From positions 81,019-145,018 of the forward strand of contig DAHWIJ010000033.1 in NCBI GenBank assembly GCA_027345195.1: a DNA stretch of 64,000 nt, written 5' to 3'. Shown piece after piece: positions 1 to 8,855 of the stretch (position 1 is its first letter; each line of letters opens with the position of its first letter). The DNA comes from Thermoplasmatales archaeon. GTDB taxonomy: Archaea > Thermoplasmatota > Thermoplasmata > Thermoplasmatales > GCA-001856825. The position numbers were made by a program, and so were the translations under genes. The notes below the pieces were generated by a model. The model was not told the DNA's origin, ran no database searches, and was given only the letters and a program-made list of their open reading frames with translations.

Positions 1-2
1 AC

Positions 3-1001
3 GTATACGAAGCAACGGATAAGCCAGGAGGGGTCATGGTCCACGGCATCCCTGCCTTCAGGCTTCCCAGAGATATAATTGAGAAGGAAGCCAAACATAT
101 TCTGTCATACGGTTCGAGGATCTTCTACAAGACAAAAGTAGGTAAGGATATCCCCTTCGAGAAACTGATGACTGACTATTCGGCCGTATACCTAGCTGTG
201 GGGAACTGGAAACCTACCAGAACGAGGATTGAGGGCGAATCTCTTGGCGGGGTATACCACGCCCTAGAGTTTCTTTATAGGGTGAACAGCGGGGAGAAGA
301 TTGATGTGGGAGAAAAGGTGGTTATAATCGGCGGAGGATTCACCGCCTACGATGCAGCCAGAATATCCCTAAGGCTAGGCGCAAAGAAGGTGGCTATGCT
401 TTACAGGCGTTCGGAGATAGATAGACCTGGTTATCCTTCGAGTAATGCTGACGAAGAACTAGAAGAGGCGAAGGAAGAGAATGTTCTGTTTGAGTGGGAG
501 GCTAGTCCATTCGAATATACTGGACGGGATGGAAGGGTAAATGGCCTCAAATACTGGAAGAATCAAATGGTTGACACTGGAAAAGGGAGGAGGCAGCCCG
601 TGCCGATCAAAGACAGAGAGTACTTCCTAGAGGCCGACACAATCATTGAAGCAACTGGGCAGAGGGAGGACCTTTCATTTATACCGCAGGAGATAATGGA
701 CAAGCTTAAGACAGCGCCAAATGGAGACCTGCTCGTCAACCAATACAATATGACAAGTTATCCTGGAATCTTCGCAGGCGGGGATATAACAAACAAGAGG
801 AAGGATATCATAAGCGGTGTGGCAGATTCTGGGAGAGCAAGCATGGGCATACTAATCTACTTGAAAGAACTGGGAAAGATCAAGAGAGTCCCACAGAGGC
901 TTACCAACTACGAGGGTGGGCCTTACTCAACCACTTATTACGAGATGCTAGAGAAAGAGGTGGAGTCGATATTACCTGACTCACCTGAAGTGAAAAACTG
1001 A
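3..1001 (+). CDS. GltD/SudA-type NAD(P)H-dependent FAD oxidoreductase (glutamate synthase small-subunit-like), 5' end cut by window edge
   Basis: Frame is open from base 3 (..YEATDKPGGV precedes the listed Met). GGV.VHGIPAFRLPRD, VVIIGGGFTAYDAA (GxGxxA dinucleotide fold) and IFAGGDI motifs fit glutamate-synthase beta-chain-like oxidoreductases. Confidence 0.8.
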   Translation, partial: VYEATDKPGGVMVHGIPAFRLPRDIIEKEAKHILSYGSRIFYKTKVGKDIPFEKLMTDYSAVYLAVGNWKPTRTRIEGESLGGVYHALEFLYRVNSGEKIDVGEKVVIIGGGFTAYDAARISLRLGAKKVAMLYRRSEIDRPGYPSSNADEELEEAKEENVLFEWEASPFEYTGRDGRVNGLKYWKNQMVDTGKGRRQPVPIKDREYFLEADTIIEATGQREDLSFIPQEIMDKLKTAPNGDLLVNQYNMTSYPGIFAGGDITNKRKDIISGVADSGRASMGILIYLKELGKIKRVPQRLTNYEGGPYSTTYYEMLEKEVESILPDSPEVKN

Positions 1002-1108
1002 CTTAGACCGGTTAGTCTTGATAGAAAAGTAGGCCCATTTTCCGAACCCATTTTATATCTCCTAACTGCAATTAACTTATGAAAAAAATTGAGGCTGCAC
1101 AGCAGGAG

Positions 1109-2548
1109 TCAATGAATATTTACCATAAACCGTAGATCCATGGCAGAAATGAGGCTCTTCTGCGTTGACAGCCACATGAACGGGAGCATGATAATCCACA
1201 ATACGACTGATAGTTCCGCCTGCTGGGAGATAGCCCAGAAGCTCCATATCGGCCTTTGCGCTGAGAAAATGAGGTAGTAAAATATTATCGGCAAGATGCC
1301 AACAGATACTGCAAATGCCTCCAGCATTGAAGCTCCAATCACTGCTGGAGAAGAAAAGTAGACCACGGAAATCATAAGACCAGCGGTAAAGGCTGAATAA
1401 GACATCGTTGAGAACCAGAGGGGACTATTCACCGCAATAATGGTCAAGCCAGGGATGAACCATATTACAACAAGGAGGACAGACGTGAGGAGGAGCAGCA
1501 CTGCAATGTATTTCCTTACTGTCCTTTTGGGGAAAAGGGAGTGAATAAGGTAGTAAGTAAGAAAGCCGTCCAGTATCATCACCATTGATGTCCCGAAAAG
1601 GAAGACTGGAGAGCTTTGAAGGCTGAATAATACCCCCACCACCACCAGCACCTGAGATGCCACTATGAGAATCTCAATCCAAATCAACTTTCCAAGTCTG
1701 CCCATTGAGAGGAAACCCGGCATCCTCGGAAGGCGCTTAATTTCGTAATATCTGACTACCATTATGTAAGTCAGCACAAGGAGTATTGCGCTCAAAACGA
1801 AGAAGGGGATGAGAAGGATATTGAATATCAGCATAGTTGCAGCCGGAAATATACCAATCGCGCTTTCACACTGGCAGCCCAGAGCACTTATTGCGCCGTA
1901 CCCAGAAGTCACCAATCCTCCCTTCCTCTTTGCGAGGAGTTTTATAATGCGATGATAGTTTTCGACAAGCAGAGAGGAAATAAAGAAGTATAGGAGGAAT
2001 TCGAACGGTCCCGTAATGAAGTCTATATACCTTGTGCTTATGAAAAGTCCGAAATACTCGGTTATAGGAACGGGAAGGCCAATGGTCATCATCCTGTCAG
2101 ATAACAGTTCTATGGTCAACGGGGCAGGGACCTGTTGGGTCGTGAGGAGCATAACCTTGCCTATGATTGTCATGAACGCCAGTACCACCCCCAGCGACAC
2201 TCCCTTTGTGATTTTGCTTGTAGTGTTTAACGTTCCGAGAGCGAGGACACCGGAAATTATGGAGGGTATCAGGAGCAGTGCAGTGATTATATTCCCCGCA
2301 AGAGCAACCAACCCTGTTATGTAGATAATTACGTAGAGGACAGAATAGAATGATGCCCCGTCCCTCTTGATTAATATCGGCACGATCAGGAATAGATTGA
2401 AAACAATCGACGAAACTACGAACAGCATGGTGGAATCTGTGGGTGTGAATATCAACCCTTCAGCGAACCCATATATTAAGTAAATATCAAGAAAAATAAT
2501 TGTAAGAGTAATGAAAAGATTCCTAGGTGTGTTAAACTTCCTACTCAT
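1109..2548 (-). CDS. polytopic integral membrane protein of unknown function, co-operonic with cytochrome b
   Basis: 479-aa ORF, almost entirely hydrophobic helices (at least 12 candidate TM segments). Its start overlaps the cytochrome b stop by 8 nt. Contains GCQCES in a membrane segment. No family recognised. Confidence 0.6.
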   Translation of the reverse strand: MSRKFNTPRNLFITLTIIFLDIYLIYGFAEGLIFTPTDSTMLFVVSSIVFNLFLIVPILIKRDGASFYSVLYVIIYITGLVALAGNIITALLLIPSIISGVLALGTLNTTSKITKGVSLGVVLAFMTIIGKVMLLTTQQVPAPLTIELLSDRMMTIGLPVPITEYFGLFISTRYIDFITGPFEFLLYFFISSLLVENYHRIIKLLAKRKGGLVTSGYGAISALGCQCESAIGIFPAATMLIFNILLIPFFVLSAILLVLTYIMVVRYYEIKRLPRMPGFLSMGRLGKLIWIEILIVASQVLVVVGVLFSLQSSPVFLFGTSMVMILDGFLTYYLIHSLFPKRTVRKYIAVLLLLTSVLLVVIWFIPGLTIIAVNSPLWFSTMSYSAFTAGLMISVVYFSSPAVIGASMLEAFAVSVGILPIIFYYLIFSAQRPIWSFWAISQQAELSVVLWIIMLPFMWLSTQKSLISAMDLRFMVNIH

Positions 2549-4139
2549 TGTATTCGTGAGACCTGTAAATGGCTATGTAAGCGGATGCAATAAGGAATAG
2601 CAACCCCATTCCTATGCCGTAAAGGGACTGGTTCAGTGTTGTTGTGGGAGGGATTATTGAGATCATGGATACTATGGCAATTGCAAGGAATCCGTAGATT
2701 CCACCGAATATTACATACCCCTTTCCTGAAAGCCTTTTAGGTTCCTCAGATTTCCTTATTCCGTATATCGTTCCGTAGAGGGTTGTTATTGATACCCCTA
2801 GAACAGCGAGCAAGAATATCGCTGCAGTTGTGTAGAATATGGCTCCGATCCGGACTGCTGCATAAATGGTGAGACCGGTCAGAACTGATACGAATCCGCT
2901 GAAAGATATCATAACGTAGATCTTCCACGCATTAGTAGCCCGCACCTTTCCTGATTCTATCTTTTTAGAGATGAAGTAGACCAACGGAATAATTACTGCC
3001 AGAGGTACAACGAAAAAGAGAAGACCAACGACGTTGCTCACCGGAACCCCTGGGGAAGTTGCACCCCAAACTGAAAGCCCGACTAGATAGAGTATCCCTA
3101 TGATACCTGTTGAAATCATTAATGGTCTCTTTGTGGCCTTCAAGGTGCTTGACCTGTCGATGTATGGGATGAGAAGGAGATAGATTAGGGGAAGACCTGT
3201 AAACAGCACGGTGGCCCAGAATGGGCCGATAGTAGCGGAAATGCCGAAGTCCAGTTCTTTGTAGATGAATAGAAGGAACCAGGGAGGATAAGGTGGGACC
3301 TGTGAGGCCAGAGGGCTCGTAGCTGAGACCTGAGGGAAGGGGGAGAACAGTGCGGGAACGCTAGGAAGAGCGCCGAGGATGGAAGGTATGAGAAAGATGA
3401 GAGAAAGGGTGAACAAGCCTATTTGTGTCATGTAGAGGAGGTTGTAGGGGTACCAGGGTTTGTAAGTTTCGTCCTCCTTATCTATTGCAGGAACTTCATA
3501 ACCTACCTTGTTTGGTTCTGGCATGATCGTGTTGTATTCAGCAAGGAAGAAGTGTACCGCAAAGGTGATACCGATTAGTGCCGCAATGATGATGTGCCAT
3601 CCCTCAAAGCGCGTGAAGAGTGATATGTCCGTGCCGTTTCCGAGGAATATGGACCTTAGATATGAGCCAATAACTGGAAAGCCGCTTGCGATTCCCCTGG
3701 CCACGTCAGTTGCATCCGATGAGAGAACATCGCCAGTCAGCGAGTAACCGAAATAGGAAACTGCCACTGTCAGTACCAGAAGAACTATTCCAGTTAACCA
3801 CTGCATTTCCCTTGGCTTCTTGTAGGCTCCTACAAACAAGTTCCTGAGGAGGTGGATGTATACCAGTGCGATCATTATGTACGCGCCGTACAGGTGTGTT
3901 GTGAGAATTACAGAACCGTAAGCTAAGTTCAGTACACCTTCTGTGCTTGTGTAGGCATTAGAGGGCTGATAGTAGAGGAAGAGGATTAGCCCTGTTATGG
4001 CCTCGTAGAAGAAGGCGATCATGACCATCGCGCCTGTCCAGTACCATAATCCGCCTCTCTTTCTCATGTAGTCTGGCACTTTCCTTGGAAGAGGCTGCGG
4101 ATCGTTCATCACCTGTTCAAGGATACCTCTATTTGTCAT
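2541..4139 (-). CDS. cytochrome b (SoxG/SoxC/SoxN-like, long form with extra C-terminal helices)
   Basis: Two H-x13-H heme-ligand pairs (THLYGAYIMIALVYIH and WHIIIAALIGITFAVH). Qo-site-like motif PPWF (PPYPPWFLLFIY). More than 10 TM helices. Lies 4 nt downstream of the Rieske gene. Confidence 0.85.
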   Translation of the reverse strand: MTNRGILEQVMNDPQPLPRKVPDYMRKRGGLWYWTGAMVMIAFFYEAITGLILFLYYQPSNAYTSTEGVLNLAYGSVILTTHLYGAYIMIALVYIHLLRNLFVGAYKKPREMQWLTGIVLLVLTVAVSYFGYSLTGDVLSSDATDVARGIASGFPVIGSYLRSIFLGNGTDISLFTRFEGWHIIIAALIGITFAVHFFLAEYNTIMPEPNKVGYEVPAIDKEDETYKPWYPYNLLYMTQIGLFTLSLIFLIPSILGALPSVPALFSPFPQVSATSPLASQVPPYPPWFLLFIYKELDFGISATIGPFWATVLFTGLPLIYLLLIPYIDRSSTLKATKRPLMISTGIIGILYLVGLSVWGATSPGVPVSNVVGLLFFVVPLAVIIPLVYFISKKIESGKVRATNAWKIYVMISFSGFVSVLTGLTIYAAVRIGAIFYTTAAIFLLAVLGVSITTLYGTIYGIRKSEEPKRLSGKGYVIFGGIYGFLAIAIVSMISIIPPTTTLNQSLYGIGMGLLFLIASAYIAIYRSHEYNE

Positions 4140-4143
4140 CAGT

Positions 4144-4848
4144 TCACACTCCTAGAGTAGTCACGGTGGTGCCTGCGGAAGATATAGGGTTTCCTCCTGA
4201 AAGATCGGAGGAACGGCCGTATATGGTCGGACCCACCAGCATCGTTGCGGAATAGGTGTCGTTGGTCTGGTCGTAAGAAAGAACAATCCCTGGCAATGGT
4301 GCCTTCGTCGGACCAGTTACTACGCTGAAGCCTTTGTAAGGGTCGTATGTACTGCCGTGACAGTCGCAGTGAATCTTCCCAGGGAAGTCCGTGGCCGAGG
4401 GTGGATGGAATCTCAGTTCTGGAGGAATACACCCCAGATGCTGGCAGATGGCAGAAGATGAGACAACAGAACCGTACGGACCCACTCCCGCAGGGGACTG
4501 GTATTTTCCCCCAGTTGCAGGTATATCGACTGTCGTGGACTCAATCTTAACGTCATTGTTCGTGGAATCGCCAAGCCTGAGCAGGAAGTTAGGCTCGTTC
4601 TGAAGCGGGTAATCAAAAGTCACCACAGACGGATTGTTGACCGTCAGATCGGATGTATGAACCGGGTTCCCGTTAGGGAGCAGGAGAAGAAGGGTGGGAA
4701 AAGATGATTCCACATTTGAGGTGGGTGGAATGACATACTGAACGACGCTTCGCAGTGTTCCGGCAAGCCCAGCTCCTATTATCATCACTCCTACAACCTT
4801 AAGGAACTTTCTCCTCTGCTCGTCTATGGGTTTTTCGTCTTCAGGCAA
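4144..4848 (-). CDS. Rieske [2Fe-2S] protein (SoxF/SoxL-like)
   Basis: Twin-arginine signal QRRKFLKV followed by a TM helix. Cluster boxes CQHLGC and CDCHGS. Confidence 0.9.
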   Translation of the reverse strand: MPEDEKPIDEQRRKFLKVVGVMIIGAGLAGTLRSVVQYVIPPTSNVESSFPTLLLLLPNGNPVHTSDLTVNNPSVVTFDYPLQNEPNFLLRLGDSTNNDVKIESTTVDIPATGGKYQSPAGVGPYGSVVSSSAICQHLGCIPPELRFHPPSATDFPGKIHCDCHGSTYDPYKGFSVVTGPTKAPLPGIVLSYDQTNDTYSATMLVGPTIYGRSSDLSGGNPISSAGTTVTTLGV

Positions 4849-4858
4849 GTGTATCCCC

Positions 4859-5608
4859 TTATGAAACGACCTGCACTACTCCGGTCATCCAACCTGCTGT
4901 CGCCATGGCCCCTCCCCATCCGTTCAGTTCGTCACCGCAAGGAACGAAACACTGCCAGGTATATGACCCCGTATTGTTCAGATAGAACTGAGTGACAGTA
5001 ATAGACCCACCAGAAGGATTTGTTCCAGCGAATGTCGGCACGTTAAGCAGTATCTGGCCGTTCTGGATTATTGTGAAGGTATGCGTGACCTCCCATCCAC
5101 CAGATGCCCCTCCCGTCCAGGGGAGGGCAGAGACTGCCCATCCCGATCCTTTCAGTATCGTGATGTTGTCTGAGGAGTTCCCGGATAACGTTGCGTTTAT
5201 ATATTGTGCAGTTCCGTTGTAAACATATTCAACATTGCCTACCGTTCCTATTACCTTTGCGTATGTAGAGTTGTTAGAAGTTCCATTTTGTCCTATGATA
5301 GGAGTGATGCCAGAATCGTAATCTATGATCGTGAGGGTGATAAGTTTGTGAGCAGGCAATTTTATCAGTGCAGATGATGCCAACTGACCGTTAGGTTCAA
5401 CTACGAAGAAAGCAGGCTGTCTGTGATGGATTGTTGAATTATTGAACCAATTGTTGGGTGCTATTACCAAGGTCAGGGATGTCTGGGCTTGCTGCGTAGT
5501 TGAGCTGTGACTGGCAGAGACTGCTTCATAATAGGCAACGCCAATTCCCAATCCGCCAACAATTACGATGGCGGAAATTATCGCATAGAACGTTTTTTCA
5601 GATAGCAT
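4859..5608 (-). CDS. membrane-anchored cupredoxin-like glycoprotein in the sulfocyanin (SoxE) position
   Basis: N-terminal TM anchor and a beta-rich S/T/N-rich ectodomain with many N-x-S/T sequons. The C-terminal YTWQCFVPCGDELNGWGGAMATAGWMTGVVQVVS resembles the Cys...Met copper loop plus last strand of sulfocyanin/CuA cupredoxins. First gene of the Rieske-cyt b operon. Confidence 0.5.
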   Translation of the reverse strand: MLSEKTFYAIISAIVIVGGLGIGVAYYEAVSASHSSTTQQAQTSLTLVIAPNNWFNNSTIHHRQPAFFVVEPNGQLASSALIKLPAHKLITLTIIDYDSGITPIIGQNGTSNNSTYAKVIGTVGNVEYVYNGTAQYINATLSGNSSDNITILKGSGWAVSALPWTGGASGGWEVTHTFTIIQNGQILLNVPTFAGTNPSGGSITVTQFYLNNTGSYTWQCFVPCGDELNGWGGAMATAGWMTGVVQVVS

Positions 5609-6084
5609 TTAAACCTCATTTATGAGATGGGTATAAATGTTGTTTATGTTTTAGTGTAATTAATAAAGTTAGGCTCATTTTTGCAATATTCCTAAAACAA
5701 ATTTAGGTATGATGCAATAACAGAAAATAAACAAGTCTCAGTATAACTCTTTCATTACGCCTATTTACTTAATGATAAATGTTCAGACACCCAAGGCAGG
5801 TAATATTCTTTGGCTCAACCCTTCCACTCTGCAGACGATATTTACCAAGCTCATAGATAATTAGGAATCCGGTGGTATCGCCAAATTATTTATTCTTAGC
5901 TGAAAGCCTATTCATAATTAATGGGTCTACAACAGTTATTTACATCTTCAAATGTCACGATTCTTAGTGGAATCATCTTCAATAGAGTCTGTTTAGATGG
6001 TTCATCGGAATATGGGACCGTCACGGATTTCATCTTCCCTAAATCATGGAAATTCATTTATTCGCCTAAATCTATAGAGCTTAT

Positions 6085-7698
6085 ATGAGTTCAGTTGCCG
6101 CTTCGGCGAAAACTACTTACAAAAGGGACCTCAGTCTTTTCAACCTTGTGATGCTGAATTCAATGGGGATGATTGGATCCGGATGGCTTTTCGCCTCTCT
6201 CTACGCGGTGGGCTATGCCGGCCCTATCGGCGCTATCCTCTCCTGGATACTGGCAGGCATTTTCGTGGTGTTCATTGCAGTGAATTTTATGGAAGTTTCC
6301 ACGATGTTCCCGTTGGCCGGAGGATCTACCCCATTGTCAGAACTGTCATTCGGTAAAATGACTGCCTTCCTTTCTGGATGGTCTGCCTGGCTTTCGGACA
6401 TTATGACCCCCACTATAGAAGCAATAGCCCTTGTTACCTATTCGTCATTCTATCTGAAGAATGTGATCAATCCCACGACAGGAGCCCTAGAACCCCTCGG
6501 TTATCTTATAGCAGCTATTGCAATGCTCCTGATTTTCGTGGTGAACATGCAGAAAGTAAAGATCTTCGGGAATATTACTAGCGCTGTGATGATATGGAAA
6601 TGGGCTGTTCCCATACTTGCGGGAGTTACGATATTAACTCTTACATTCAAGCCCACAAACTTCGTTGCCTTTGGGGCATTTACAGGTTCAGGCCCAAGTG
6701 GAATTTTTGATGCCCTCGTTCTCGGAGGAATCATATTCTCTTTCGAGGGCTTCAGGGCAGCAGTCAACATGGCGGGGGAATCAAAAAAGAAGGACTACGT
6801 TTGGAAATCAGTCATCATAGCAATAGTCGCTGTCATCCTTCTCTATCTTCTTCTACAGACGGCGTTCATTAGTGGAATAAACTGGGCTGCACAGGGTATT
6901 ACGCCCGGAAACTGGGGAAACCTTAGCTCCGGCGGGTATATAACTGGTCCTTTTGCCCAAGAGGCAGCAGCCATAGGCCTTGGATGGCTTGTGGTAATAC
7001 TTCTAATAGATGCGATAATTTCTCCAGCAGGAGCTGGAATTTCCTACGCAGCTTATCCAGCCAGGATATTCCAGTCTATGGCAGAGTATGGCTACGCACC
7101 CAAGGTGTTTGCCAAACTTAATCCAAAGTCCCATATACCTTTAAATGCGCTGATACTGGGAACTATCCTTGGATTCGCATTCCTGTACGAATTTCCCTCG
7201 TGGCATCTGTTGGTAGGGATACTAACGTCCACGCTCGTAGTTGCATACGTCATAGGACCAGCTTCCATAAACATATTCAGGAAGACCGCACCCGACAGGG
7301 AAAGACTATTCAGGCTCCCTGGGGCAAAGATTTTTGCCCCAATAGGGTTCATCGTTTCATTCTTCATCATATACTGGTCTACCTTCCCCCTAAGTCTTGA
7401 GGTATCTGTCGTCATTCTGGTCGGCTTGGTGATGTACTTCTACTTCCACCTGAAGAACGGATATTCAAAGAAACACGTCACCTCCGGCATGTGGCTAGTG
7501 GCAGGACTGATAATAATTCCAATAGAATCCTACATCGGACCAGCAAGCTACGGAGGGCTGAACATAGTGCCGTTTGGCTGGGACTTCCTGATGATAGCGG
7601 TGACAGGCATCTTGCTGTACTTATGGAGCCAATATTCTGGCTGGAAGACAGAGTCACTTGAAAATTACTTGAAGGAGCAGGAGGCCGGAGTAGAGTAG
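6085..7698 (+). CDS. APC-superfamily amino acid permease
   Basis: 537 aa with about 12-14 TM helices. The N-terminal LSLFNLVMLNSMGMIGSGWLF and overall layout are typical of amino acid/polyamine/organocation permeases. Confidence 0.8.
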   Translation: MSSVAASAKTTYKRDLSLFNLVMLNSMGMIGSGWLFASLYAVGYAGPIGAILSWILAGIFVVFIAVNFMEVSTMFPLAGGSTPLSELSFGKMTAFLSGWSAWLSDIMTPTIEAIALVTYSSFYLKNVINPTTGALEPLGYLIAAIAMLLIFVVNMQKVKIFGNITSAVMIWKWAVPILAGVTILTLTFKPTNFVAFGAFTGSGPSGIFDALVLGGIIFSFEGFRAAVNMAGESKKKDYVWKSVIIAIVAVILLYLLLQTAFISGINWAAQGITPGNWGNLSSGGYITGPFAQEAAAIGLGWLVVILLIDAIISPAGAGISYAAYPARIFQSMAEYGYAPKVFAKLNPKSHIPLNALILGTILGFAFLYEFPSWHLLVGILTSTLVVAYVIGPASINIFRKTAPDRERLFRLPGAKIFAPIGFIVSFFIIYWSTFPLSLEVSVVILVGLVMYFYFHLKNGYSKKHVTSGMWLVAGLIIIPIESYIGPASYGGLNIVPFGWDFLMIAVTGILLYLWSQYSGWKTESLENYLKEQEAGVE

Positions 7699-7712
7699 GC
7701 TCCTTCCTCCGA

Positions 7713-7727
7713 TTTTTTTATTTTTTA
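7713..7727 (+). terminator. oligo-T archaeal terminator candidate after the permease gene
   Basis: Two T-runs (ttttttt a tttttt) 15-30 nt downstream of the stop at 7698. Confidence 0.35.
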
Positions 7728-7788
7728 TTACTTTCTCATCTGTACGGCTGAAGATAAATACCTTGAAAGCACTTAGGCACCGATTGCA

Positions 7789-8637
7789 ATGGAACTCCAA
7801 CGGTTGAAGATCGGCAGGAGAGTAGTCTTGGTTGTCAGGGTAGATGGGAACTACGTATCGGTTGATGAGCTATTGAAAAAGGATATCGGGTCAGTAGAGA
7901 TAGACAAAATCTTTGACCTAGAGGAGAAAATAAGGGGAGAAATTTCAAGAAAGAACTATTCTTATGTGAAATTTGACAACTTTACCTATGCTCCCGCAGT
8001 TGGCTATCCTGGAAAGCTGATCTTTGTAGGCCTGAATTATCGCTCGCATGTAGCAGAAACAGAAAGGAAGATACCGGAGCATCCAGTGCTTTTCAGTAAA
8101 TTCCCAAATGCCCTCGCAGGTCATTTGGAAAATATCACGATCCCAGAGGAAGGGCTCAAGGTAGACTATGAAGGGGAACTTGGAGTAATCATCGGAAAGC
8201 ATGCGAAGGACGTAGGCGACGACTACGAGAAGTACATATTCGGTTACTTCATTGGCAACGATGTTTCTTCGAGGGAGCTTCAGTACAGGACCTCTCAGTA
8301 TCTTCTAGGGAAAACACTTGACGGCTTCTTCCCAAATGGACCTTCAATCGTTACAAGGGACGAAATTGCTGACCCCCAGAATCTTCGGATAAGGACAAAG
8401 GTCAACGGTTCAACTAGACAGGATTCAAGCACGGAGAATATGATCTTTCCCATAGGGAAGCTGGTTTCGTATATATCCCACTACTTTACTCTGGAACCGG
8501 GGGACATCATATCGACGGGCACTCCGGAGGGAGTTATCATGGGAATGAAGGATAAGGAATCCGCCTGGCTTAAGAAGGGGGACGTTGTAGAAGTAAGCAT
8601 AGAAGGCCTTGGGACGCTTAGGAATGCCTTTGTCTGA
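7789..8637 (+). CDS. fumarylacetoacetate hydrolase (FAH) family protein
   Basis: GLNYRSH, DYEGELGVIIGK, GNDVSSRELQ, LEPGDIISTGTPEGV - the canonical FAH/2-keto-4-pentenoate hydratase-like motif series. Confidence 0.85.
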   Translation: MELQRLKIGRRVVLVVRVDGNYVSVDELLKKDIGSVEIDKIFDLEEKIRGEISRKNYSYVKFDNFTYAPAVGYPGKLIFVGLNYRSHVAETERKIPEHPVLFSKFPNALAGHLENITIPEEGLKVDYEGELGVIIGKHAKDVGDDYEKYIFGYFIGNDVSSRELQYRTSQYLLGKTLDGFFPNGPSIVTRDEIADPQNLRIRTKVNGSTRQDSSTENMIFPIGKLVSYISHYFTLEPGDIISTGTPEGVIMGMKDKESAWLKKGDVVEVSIEGLGTLRNAFV

Positions 8638-8660
8638 GCAGAGGAAGGTGGACGAAGAAA

Positions 8661-8670
8661 GGATAAAATA
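8661..8670 (+). promoter_or_regulatory. TATA-like box upstream of the 5S rRNA gene
   Basis: ggataaaata lies about 21-30 nt upstream of the predicted 5S 5' end. Confidence 0.3.
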
Positions 8671-8690
8671 GTGCCTCCCAATTCCTAGGA

Positions 8691-8813
8691 GGTTGACGGC
8701 CATAGCGACGGGGAAACACCCGGTCTCATTCCGAACCCGAAGGTTAAGCCCGTCCGCGTTCCGCACGCGTACTGTGTTCCGCGAGGGCATGGGAAATGCG
8801 GTTCGCCGTCTCC
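8691..8813 (+). rRNA. 5S ribosomal RNA (orphan, not linked to 16S/23S in this window)
   Basis: GGTTGACGGCCATAGCGACGGGGAAACACCCGGTCTCATTCCGAACCCGAAGGTTAAGCCCGTCCGCG...GCGAGGGCATGGGAAATGCGGTTCGCCGTCTCC. It has the conserved CCGAAC and GTTAAGC loops and GCGAGGG, and the 5' GACGGC pairs with the 3' GCCGTC (helix I). About 123 nt. Confidence 0.9.
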
Positions 8814-8855
8814 ATCTCATGTCAAATTCTTATAGGAAGTAATTATGCCATACCA

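Noticed and set aside
4139-4616. ORFs 4139-4432(-), 4347-4550(+), 4391-4603(+) and 4413-4616(-).
   Set aside because: All lie inside the Rieske gene, whose frame carries unambiguous cluster-binding motifs.
5609-6084. 476-nt AT-rich intergenic region considered as a possible ncRNA, CRISPR leader or origin-like sequence.
   Set aside because: I could see no direct repeats, ORB-like repeats or structured GC-rich segment. It is most simply a divergent promoter region for the respiratory operon and the permease.
8425-8855. ORF 8425-8820(-) and the first 20 codons of ORF 8796-9473(+).
   Set aside because: Both run through the 5S rRNA gene. The minus ORF is also antisense to the FAH gene's 3' end, and neither has a protein-like motif.
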